A stretch of DNA of 63,988 nt, the filler included, from Octopus bimaculoides (lineage: Eukaryota), in the NCBI RefSeq assembly GCF_001194135.2. It is 4 parts of 4 records of this genome, joined end to end, with 100 filler letters (N's around TTAATTAATTAA, not from the genome) between each part and the next. Parts side by side here need not be neighbours in the genome. Positions count along the whole stretch, not along the records: positions 51,679 to 62,152 come from NC_069002.1; positions 62,253 to 63,988 come from NC_068982.1; 2 more parts are not named here. One strand, given 5' to 3'. Positions 53,958-63,988 of the stretch are shown one piece after another; the first letter of the stretch is position 1; each line of letters begins with the position of its first letter. The translations under genes were made by a program, and so were the position numbers. The notes under the pieces were generated by a model that saw nothing but the letters and a program-made list of their open reading frames with translations, was not told the DNA's origin and did not search any database.

Positions 53958-54256
53958 ATTATTAACACAGGCACTGGTTTTCAATTCCACCTTTATTATT
54001 AGTCAATTGGTTAGATAATCGATTATTTAATTTGGTTGAACAGTTAGTCGTTTTTGTTTTTGTTTGTTAAAGCTCTTTCGTTGTTACTTGCAACCTTTTC
54101 AACGACTTTTTCTTTGAAAAGGTTGCAATGCCGCATCAAAGACAAAACAAATGACTTACTGTTTAACCAAATTAAACAATCGATTGGTCAATTGGATATT
54201 TAACCAATTGATTAATAATAAAGGAGTGGAATCGAACCAGTGCGTGTGTTAATAAT
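53958..54256. repeat. ~300-bp imperfect palindrome (foldback element)
   Basis: Outer arms attattaacacaggcactggtt / aaccagtgcgtgtgttaataat; perfect 15-bp inner stem 54088-54102 with 54114-54128. Confidence 0.88.
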
Positions 54257-54784
54257 ATTGACATAATGACTCTCACTAGACACAACAACAAAATTTGTTT
54301 CAGCACACGGATTCATATAAAGAATCTTGCAAAAAAGATATTAAAACGAAAAAGAGAAAACGATATTTAGGAATGACTTATAACTTCAAAATAATTTTCC
54401 TCCTTTCTAATACTGTGAAGAAGCCTGTTTAGCTTACAATTGTGAGAGCGTGGTTCGATTTCTGAACCGGATAAGGCACATAATTTTAAGTTCTAGTCTG
54501 GTGCAGTTCTCATTCCTTCCAGCAGTCATGTCTCGATGTTTCGCCGGGTCAAATTGAAAGGATCAAGACAATGTCTTTGTCCGCTCGCTACAACATAAGC
54601 ATTAAAATAACTAGCGAAAGCATGGTACAAGCTAATAGGTTATACATGCTTGCGATTCATAAAGTTTCCTTTTATTTAGCTTCTAAAAGTAAATTTAAAA
54701 AAAAAAAATTTTCCATGTATTAAATATGTTAATATTATCTAACCTGTGGAATTTTACGGAATATGTTTCCGTAAATTGTTATTG

Positions 54785-55075
54785 GTTTCAAATTTTGGCA
54801 CAAGGCCAGAAACTTCGGCGGAGGGGCTAAGTTGATTACACCGATCCCACAGCACAACTAGTACTTAATTTATCAACCCCGAAAGAATAAAAGGCAAAGT
54901 TGACCTGGGCGGAATTTGAACTCAGAACGTAATGACGGATGAAATGCCGCTAAGCATTCTGCCCGGTGTGCTAACGATTCAGCCGGCTCACCACCTTGAA
55001 ATTTTGGCCCAAGGTCAGCAATTTCTGGGGAGGGGACGAGTCAGTTATCTCGACCCAGTACTCACCACCTTGAAA
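54785..55075 (-). mobile_element. SINE family 2 full copy plus an adjacent 59-bp 3'-end fragment
   Basis: Fragment 55002-55060 is bounded by a perfect direct repeat, ctcaccaccttgaaa (54987-55001 and 55061-55075). Confidence 0.85.
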
Positions 55076-56699
55076 CAGTTATTATAAAATTCTTCTTTGA
55101 CCACCTAAACGCAAGCGGCACTGAAACACCGAAAGCAGAACAGAATTCTCTATGTAGATGTTATGGCTAGGCCTGCCCAACACGTACTAGGTGTGTTAAC
55201 CATCTGCCTGCCTGCAATCAACGTGGACAGTACCCCGTTTTAAGAATCTTTGTTCGCGATGCCTAATCATGCTGATGAACATACGAGAAAGGGTACAAAG
55301 ATTCTCTGAAAAAAAAAATGCCTTGGTGCCTATTACATTAACCGTCACTAGTGGTCGCCATAGCCTTCAATCGCGTGGCTGGACGATATACCATTCACTA
55401 GTCCAGTTCAGTTTATTCCTTCGAGAATTCATGCAAGACTGACCTTGAGAACAAAAAGCAATTGAAGAAGAATCGTTCGTTATACGGCAGCATAGAATTC
55501 TTCCTGCTACTGCTGTAGCTTGGCCTACCTATTACAGTAATGAGCCTACAGTCAACATGGATAGCATTCCCTTACGAATCGACGTTGACGAAGCCAAACC
55601 ATGGTTATAGTAAAAAAGGAATTTAGCTAATATGAAGTAATTAGACTGTGTAGGCGTCTACATTTTCTGTTCTCAAGTGTATAATGCAATCTCATTTGTT
55701 GAAAATATGCTGAAAAAAGATTCCCCCCCCCCAAAGCTTTTCTCCTANNNNNNNNNNNNNNNNNNNNNNNNNNNNNNNNNNNNNNNNNNNNNNNNNNNNN
55801 NNNNNNNNNNNNNNNNNNNNNNNNNNNNNNNNNNNNNNNNNNNNNNNNNNNNNNNNNNNNNNNNNNNNNNNNNNNNNNNNNNNNNNNNNNNNNNNNNNNN
55901 NNNNNNNNNNNNNNNNNNNNNNNNNNNNNNNNNNNNNNNNNNNNNNNNNNNNNNNNNNNNNNNNNNNNNNNNNNNNNNNNNNNNNNNNNNNNNNNNNNNN
56001 NNNNNNNNNNNNNNNNNNNNNNNNNNNNNNNNNNNNNNNNNNNNNNNNNNNNNNNNNNNNNNNNNNNNNNNNNNNNNNNNNNNNNNNNNNNNNNNNNNNN
56101 NNNNNNNNNNNNNNNNNNNNNNNNNNNNNNNNNNNNNNNNNNNNNNNNNNNNNNNNNNNNNNNNNNNNNNNNNNNNNNNNNNNNNNNNNNNNNNNNNNNN
56201 NNNNNNNNNNNNNNNNNNNNNNNNNNNNNNNNNNNNNNNNNNNNNNNNNNNNNNNNNNNNNNNNNNNNNNNNNNNNNNNNNNNNNNNNNNNNNNNNNNNN
56301 NNNNNNNNNNNNNNNNNNNNNNNNNNNNNNNNNNNNNNNNNNNNNNNNNNNNNNNNNNNNNNNNNNAAACAGTTTCGAAACAACGCCAGATCATACATTC
56401 AAAATAAATGGAAGTGGAGAGACAAGTTACTGAAGAGATTGCAAGAGTGCAATGAAATAATTTAACAAAAAACTATATAAATTAATAAAGGACTGAACCA
56501 GTGCGTGTGTTTATTACTGGCATAATGCCTCTCCCAAGGTTTAATTGTATTTCTTTCAACACACGTATCCACATCAAGAATCTTGCACACGAAATACACA
56601 TACGAAATATATATGTATATATATATATATATATATACAGACATACATGTGTATATCTATATCGATGTATTTGTGTGTGTATATATATATGTATATGCA

Positions 56700-56949
56700 A
56701 AGATAGATCAAGGGTCCTTCTCGAGCTATAACCTCATAAGGCCGGTTTCCCGGATTCTGTGGCGTATATATATACTACCACCCCCGCACAGGACGCCGTG
56801 CCGTAGCAGGATAGCTCACTTTTGCCAGCTGAGTGGAGCAACGTGAAATGAAGTGTTTTGCCCAAGAGCACAACGTATCGGCCGATCTAGGAATTGAAAG
56901 TACAATCTTACGATCATGAGTGCAACACCCTAACCACTAAGCCACGCAT

Positions 56950-56955
<6 letters not shown>
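56700..56955 (-). mobile_element. tRNA-derived SINE with a family-4-like head
   Basis: Reverse complement gcgtggcttagtggttagggtg...ttcaattcctag...ctcttgggcaaaacacttcatttcacgttgctcc. Confidence 0.75.
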
Positions 56956-56985
<30 letters not shown>

Positions 56986-56988
56986 ACA

Positions 56989-57096
<108 letters not shown>

Positions 57097-58677
57097 CATG
57101 TATCTATGTATGTGCTACTGGTAACATGCAACCCGGTAGAACCCATCCTATGGTCAGGTTGTTGACAACTAAGCTGGCAATCCTACCAAACCTGCTTGGT
57201 AAGGTTATGTGGTTTACATTGGACACTCTGTAAAATGAAAAACAAAACCTGTCAAAGGACAGATGAACTCAATCAAAGGCAATGGCCATCCAACAGCTGG
57301 ATGTGAAAGGCCCCCCACTCCTAGTCTTTGTTTAGATATCTCTCTTGGAGAAAGACATTCTGAAATAACGCCTGCATCATTGCGAAGCCTGAGGTTTTGT
57401 TCTTGCTTGTTTCTGGACAACTTAGCTTTGTAGGTGAGAGAGTATTAGCGGTGTTGTGCAAGCAGTTGTTGACGTGGAATTTCAGTACAGCGATTGTTGA
57501 CTGCCATTGGTTTTAAATATCTGGGATAAGATAATTTGTCAGTGATGGTCATATTCATCCGCAATCTATCATGTATGTATGTATGTATGTATGTATGTAT
57601 GTATGTATGTGCGTGTTTACATCGTGTATGCGTGCGCACGCAGGTGTGTGTGCGTGAAAGTGTATTGACTTATAATGTTCGAAATATACGAGCGAGAATA
57701 CTTCAAACGAAGTTGAAAAGCAGAGCCGTTTCTTCGTCGAAGTGATAGATCACTGTTCCGATACTAGAAGAATGTGATTAAAATATCTCGGGGAAAGAAT
57801 CGCTGGACAGGTTTTACGGGCAAAACCAGCCGGTAAGAGAGCCATGGGTAGACCACGAACAAGAGCCAGCTCAATGTGCTAGGGCGGGAGTGTGTGTGTG
57901 CAAGGAAGGCGTGACAAAGTCAACGAAATTTCCACACCCTTCAGCTTATACACGCCGACGTTCAGCTTGTCCCGAGCGCCAGCGACCCTAGGGCCGGCCC
58001 TGTCCATAAGCTCGGTCGGTCTCATTTGAGGAAATGAGTGCTTCTGACAGGACACGATCGAAGTTATACTCGAGGATTCTCCTTCCATGACCCTCCCTGG
58101 ACTAAGTGGGCGAAGAAAATGAGATGAGATGAGAAACAACGGAATCTTCGTCGTCCAACGACAGACATCCTTCACTTCACCAGAGACATGCACCAGTGGA
58201 CTTACTACGTGTGTAGCAGTCACTCGTACAAATGCTGTTCCTGTTAACACAGTCTCTTTACTGTATTTCATTGCCAACAAAAATTTTCCTCGTTATTAAT
58301 TAATTCCTTGTCGTTGTTAGCAGACACAAGTTTTCAATGAAAACTTTGAATTCCAACCGAACTTAAAGTTGTAGATTTTAGTTTAGTATAAAGGCCAATA
58401 AATAAAGGTTATAGTTACCTCGCGGGACTTACTAAACCAACCAGATGTACTATATTTTAGTTATGGAATATTTAAATGTTCCTCACACATGAAAATCAAT
58501 TCTGGTTACCCTTTCATAGTTCAATCGGTCATTGCCATAGTTAGATCAAATATCAAAGACAGACAGATAAATAGACACAGCTTCTATTCACGACTATTTC
58601 ATGTCTAAACTCATTTACTACCTATATAATATAACTTATATAATTTATGATAGCGTAAACACACAAATACATGTATG

Positions 58678-58776
<99 letters not shown>

Positions 58777-58801
58777 ATGTGTGTATATATCATGTATACA
58801 T

Positions 58802-58860
<59 letters not shown>

Positions 58861-59689
58861 ATTACACATACATACATATACATATGTATGTATGTATGTA
58901 TTTGATGTATGTAAATGCACAACTACATATGTTCGGGATTGAGTCTTGTTATAATAACTCTATGTATACACTCTGTCATTGAATTCCCATGTATATATAC
59001 ATATTCTCTATACTGAATTTCTGATGCCAGACCAGAAGAATAATTACAAATTCTAAATCAATGTATTCACAATTTATATTTCTGATTATGGTATAGAACA
59101 TTCCCGAAGCGGAACTTCGGCCGAACGTAATTACGTATACCACATGCATGTCCCTACCACCACCGCCATCACCACCATCCACCCTCTAGTTCCTCTTCCT
59201 ACTCCCCATATGTGCTGTCTTCTTCCTTCCTTCTTTCTATGGCGATTACAGTTTCCTTATGTTTCTCAGAACTGGATGATCTCATGCCACCTCCATCCAC
59301 GCCCAGCTAACCTCACTCTTCTCTCCTCTTCCCGGCACCCATATTTTGTTTGCAGTTTTTGCACCTACCATCACCATCACATATTGACCCTTAAATGCCC
59401 ATTAACCAAATACTAACCCCTGGATACAATTTTCCCAAAATGTCGGCTGTTTGGAATCCCCCCTCCCGCTAAACTATATTTTTTTATCTGTAGCTGTCGA
59501 CATGGTGTTGAAAAGCATCAACCGTTAGCCCCGTCGATGTCACAGGTCACAAAGGGTCAGCTGAACGCTATGTGCGCACCTCTTTCCTTCAGAGCAAACC
59601 TTACAAAAAATAGTCCACATCACACAGAACCCCACACTCTCTCTTTCTCTCTTTCTCAGACACACACAATGAATGATTTCTGCTTGAGG

Positions 59690-59885
59690 CACAAGACCAG
59701 AAATTTTGGGCGAACGGTCATCATCGGCGTTCGTGCACAACTGATAATTTCTTTTGTCGACCTCGAAAGGATGTTAGGCAAAGATGAACTCGGTGGAATT
59801 TGAACTCAGAATATCAAACCGGAAGAAATGTCGTTAAGCATTTTGTGCAACATGCTAACGATTCTGTCAGATCGCCGCTTTCAAA
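59690..59885 (-). mobile_element. SINE family 2
   Basis: ggcacaagaccagaaattttgg...tcgacctcgaaaggatg...gaatttgaactcagaa...ctaacgattctg. Confidence 0.85.
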
Positions 59886-60478
59886 TAGACCCCCAACACA
59901 CACATACACACACACACTCTCTCTCTCAAGCACATCCACACACGCGCACACACACACACACTTTCTCTCTCTCTCTCTCACTCTCTCTCTCTCTCTCACG
60001 CACATACACACAATTATGAACTTTTGCAACTGACCATTTTCCGTATTTCAGAAACACCCATCCTCTTATTCGACATCTCTTCTCTCAAAGCACCGTTCAC
60101 AACTAATCACATATAACTCGGCTTCAGATCCAGGACACGATCTTCCTTACAAAAAAAAAAAAAAAAAAAAATTCTAAGCTTCTCTCAATCTTCATTATTT
60201 TATCATTCAATAAGGCGGTGAACTGGCACTTTCCACTTTACAAGAACGAAGGACAATCCTAAGATATAAGAAATTCGCAATCGAACATAACGTATGTGCA
60301 TCCGCATCATCTGTTGCCCAATCGGTGAAGAATGGTGTGTATGAATTCGGCCTGGTATATTATATTGTATCCCAGTATATTTATACATCTTACTGGGGAA
60401 ACAAGAAAGTTAATCCATTTCGTTGAGACTTTTAAATTCAGAAATAAAGGGCCATAAGAAAACACTGTTTAATTTCAC

Positions 60479-60820
60479 TTACCTCCGTCTTCGCTAGGGC
60501 GGAGGTAATGTTTTCAGTTATGTTTGTTTGTTTGTCCGTGGACAAGATATCTCAAGAACCACTCAATGGATTCGGATGAAACTTTCAGGAATGTTTGTCC
60601 TCCTGACTGACCTGAACTGATTAGATCCTGAGATCGATTCGCTACCGGACAAGGATTCTAGATTATTTTCCCGGAGTTTTTACTTAATTCTTGAGAGCGT
60701 ATTCTCATTTGTGAGAGCAGTCATCGAGTTTATTTCAGATATTCTCATTTAAAAAATCATCTCTGGCTAATCGTTGAGAGGACATTACCGCTGCCTTGGC
60801 GGAGGTTTGCGCTCTCTGTT
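60479..60820 (+). mobile_element. Complete HINE/DINE-1-like Helentron derivative
   Basis: 5' ttacctccgtc...ggcggaggt hairpin, (TTTG)n, ggattcggatgaaactttc, and 3' ggcggaggtttgcgctctct (subterminal repeat inverse to the 5' end); T-rich flanks. Confidence 0.72.
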
Positions 60821-61139
60821 CTTATTTAATGTTTTATCGACAATGAGTATTATTAATACATGCAGTGGAATAATTCAATTGTTTCTTACTGGTATGAACT
60901 TAATATCCGAATCTCCCGTCCGTTCCCCAGCCAGTCCCCTTCCTTTGCCCTCATACTAATAGAAACTAAATCACCTTTTACTAATTTATGTGCATTTTTA
61001 TACAATAAGTAATTATCTTCATCAACAGTTTTAAGTTAATTACTAATATAAAATTGTTTATTTTTCCATTTAGCTTTTGGTTTCCATAATGATTTTGTAA
61101 TTACTAGGGAGACGAGAATCATATTGATTTTCTCGGTGG

Positions 61140-61640
61140 ATCTCTCTCTCTCTCTCTCTGTTCCTTTTTCCCTCTCTTTCACTCTGTATCTCTTTCGCTG
61201 TCCCTGTCTGTCTGTCTGTCTCTCTCTCTGTTCCTTTTTCCCTCTCTTTCACTCTGTATCTCTTTCGCTGTTCCTGTCTGTGTGTCTGTCTGTCTCTCTC
61301 ATTTTGTCTTTATTTCTCTCTCTTTCTCTCTATCCTTTTTCTTATCTGTCTCTTTTTCTCTCTCTATCAACTCTCTTTCTCTCTCTGTTTTCTCTCTCTC
61401 TCTCTCCGTCTCGCTCTATTTCTCCCTTTCTAGCTCTCTTTCCTGCCCTTACTCTCTCACTTTGCTTCTCCCTCTTCCTCTCTTTCTATCTCTCTCCCTC
61501 TGTCTCCCTCTGTCTCTACCTGCCTATCTCTCTCTTTGATTCCCTCTTTCCTTCTCTTTGTTTTCTCCTCTCTTTCGACCCCCCTTTCTCTCACCCTCCT
61601 CCCCTCTTTCCCCCCTATCTTCTCCCCCCCTCTTTTCACA
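61140..61640. repeat. Polypyrimidine (CT-rich) tract including a 70-bp tandem duplication
   Basis: 61151-61220 and 61221-61290 differ at two positions. Confidence 0.9.
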
Positions 61641-62064
61641 ACGAAATAATTGCTCTTTTGTTGTTGCTTTCCTCTTCGCCAATACGATCAATCGAGATGA
61701 GAGACCCGTATTCTCCGATGACAATATCTACCTATAATTATCTCAATTATACTTAGCTTCATCTCACCACTACCTGTGAATTATGAACAGCTATCATATT
61801 TTTTCCCCCCTTAATTATTCATTTTAATTAATATTTTAATTTAGAATTCATCATTTGTTCCATTGGAGACTACGTTGCGGGGGAAAATACAGTTTGACCT
61901 TGTGTCAACTCTGTGTGTGTATGTATAGCGGTATGTATACCTCTATGTATGCGTATGTCTGTGTGTATGAGTGTGTAAGTATGGTTGTATGCGTGCGTGT
62001 GTATGGTGTGTGTATGTACACGCATTCATTAAGTTTTATGTAAGAGGAGCATATATGTATGTAA

Positions 62065-62097
<33 letters not shown>

Positions 62098-62252
62098 TGT
62101 ATGTATCTATCTATCTATCTATCTATAAATATATATATATATATATATATATNNNNNNNNNNNNNNNNNNNNNNNNNNNNNNNNNNNNNNNNNNNNTTAA
62201 TTAATTAANNNNNNNNNNNNNNNNNNNNNNNNNNNNNNNNNNNNNNNNNNNN

Positions 62253-63557
62253 AGGCCCAGGTCATGTCTAACTTAATAGCACCACCTGGTGAAGTCTTTT
62301 TGTCGTATATGGGGCACCATAGCCCACTCTACCAAAGAGTTATTGTTGGAGACATATCCGGGTGTAGGAGATTGGTCCGGGATTTTTTGAAAAAATTTGT
62401 CCAGTGAACATTTGAATTTATGGGATCCATTTCCGTTTCGACGTATTTTGGTATGGTTTTAAAAAGAGCTGGACCGGTTGAGGTAAAGTAATTGTGACGT
62501 AATGTTGCTATGTGCACCGAGTTCGATTTTTGTAGTGGATGGATAGCACGGGGGCCAAGTCTTGGATGGATTTTTAAATTGATACCAACATCATTTGTGC
62601 AATATTGATGGAATATTTTCCACATGACACAATTAATGTAGCGCTCCTGGCGGCGCTGGAGAGAGTAGAGACTGAGTATTTTTTAGTAGACTCCAATAAT
62701 CAATGCCTCTCATTCAGTCTGCCTTTCTTGTTATTGACCTCTGGAGTTCTTCTACTTTCATAATGAGTTGCTTCGTATGGGGGCACCACAGTGGGCAACA
62801 GTATTCAAGGTGGGTTCGGGCAAAACTAGAGTAGAGAAGGATGATGGTGTGGGCATCTCTAGACCGGAAAGTTCTCAGAATCCAGGAGCACGTCTTGCGG
62901 GCCAAATTAACCTTGCCGTTTACGTGAGAACTCCAGCTTAGATTGTTATGAACAATCACTCCAAGGTCTCTGGTAGTGTTGGATGACAGTAGGGAGTCGC
63001 CCGACGGAAGAGCTTATGGTAATTTCAGAGTTTCGTCTTTTCCAAAGTAGATCAAATCAAACTTATCTTCATTTAAAAGCATATTGTTTTTTACCTCCCA
63101 TTGGACAATAGCAAACAAATCTAACTGAAGGCATGTTCGGTCTCCCATGCCGTTTATGGCTTTCTGGAGTTTGGAATCATCTGCAAAGATTTTCAATGTA
63201 GAATGCTTGATGGCGTGTACTATGTCGTTGATGTAAATAATGAAGAGGAGTGGGCCCAACACATTACCTTGTGAGACACTACTACTGACTTTGGCTGAAC
63301 TGGATCGTACTCCCTCAAACACAACATGTTGGGTTCTGTTCGTCAGGAAACACTTTATCTACGGCAGCAGCTTTCCACGGACTCTAATGTTGGACAGTGT
63401 CTTCAGCAGGATTTTGTGATCCACTCTGTCAAATGCCTTGCTGAAATCAAGGTATATGACGTCAGTGTTAGAGCCTTCTCCCAACACTTTTAAGATGTCA
63501 TCAAAATGCTGCAGAAGCTACGACAGGCAGTCTTTGCCATCACGGAAACCATGCTGG
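62253..63557 (-). mobile_element. CR1/L2-group LINE, decayed RT domain through the 3' end
   Basis: NQHGFR; VIYLDFSKAFDRVDH; SSVSQGNVLGPLLFIIYIND; IFADDSKL; HLEYCCPLWCP. Stops and frameshifts; interrupted at 63557. Confidence 0.93.
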
Positions 63558-63584
63558 TTATATATATAAAATACGCGCGCGCAC

Positions 63585-63635
<51 letters not shown>

Positions 63636-63713
63636 AGCGCATAAGTGCAAAACAAGGTGGAAAAAAATAGCGCTCGAGTACGTAAGGTAGAGTAATATAC
63701 TTTTTATTAAAGG

Positions 63714-63803
63714 TGCAAAATTATCAATAAATGTTACCCAGAGTTTCACGTCCGACGAACAGAAACGTGAAACTCTGAGTAAAAGTTCTGTGATAATTTT
63801 GCA
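63714..63803. repeat. ~90-bp foldback containing a degenerate hammerhead-like core
   Basis: Arms 63734-63751 / 63765-63782 (17 of 18 bp) and 63714-63726 / 63791-63803 (13 of 13); CCGACGA...GAAAC-TCTGA-GTA. Confidence 0.7.
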
Positions 63804-63988
63804 GCTTAGGGTTGAAACTTATATATATATAATATATCTACATACATATATATGTATATCTACATATATATATATAAATATATATATATTTATATATTTA
63901 TATATATATATATATATATTTATATATTTATATATATATATATTCTTTTATTCTTTTATTCTTTTATTTGTTTCAGTCATTTGACTGC

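Noticed and set aside
55364-55612. Two protein-looking open segments separated by a frameshift in an A-run
   Set aside because: Each is under 60 codons, splice signals are weak and no motif was recognised.
59085-59142. Hairpin CCGAAG/CTTCGG followed by GAAC-GTAATTAC-GTA, superficially hammerhead-like
   Set aside because: No CUGANGA core and only two A after G; compatible with chance.

Overview
This window is eukaryotic, AT-rich, gap-riddled draft-assembly DNA dominated by microsatellites and interspersed repeats. The microsatellite density and the tRNA-derived SINE families are most consistent with a coleoid cephalopod (Octopus-like); this is inference, not a database match. Nearly all ORFs in the supplied track are translations of (CA)n/(TA)n/(CAT)n repeats or N gaps. 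Supportable features are decayed transposons: a Penelope-like RT+GIY-YIG element, CR1-like LINE endonuclease and RT pieces, an RLE-type LINE C-terminus, a mariner with both TIRs, a Buster/Charlie hAT plus related MITEs, a Tigger fragment, a Gypsy integrase tail, a probable solo LTR, Helentron-type HINEs and four SINE families. No host gene could be named; a few minus-strand exon candidates are given at low confidence. The best hunt result is a well-folding type I hammerhead ribozyme candidate at 30387-30460, partnered by an antisense copy of its own catalytic core, with several degenerate relatives that look like Penelope pseudo-LTRs. Also notable are a ~300 bp foldback palindrome and several closely spaced inverted SINE pairs.
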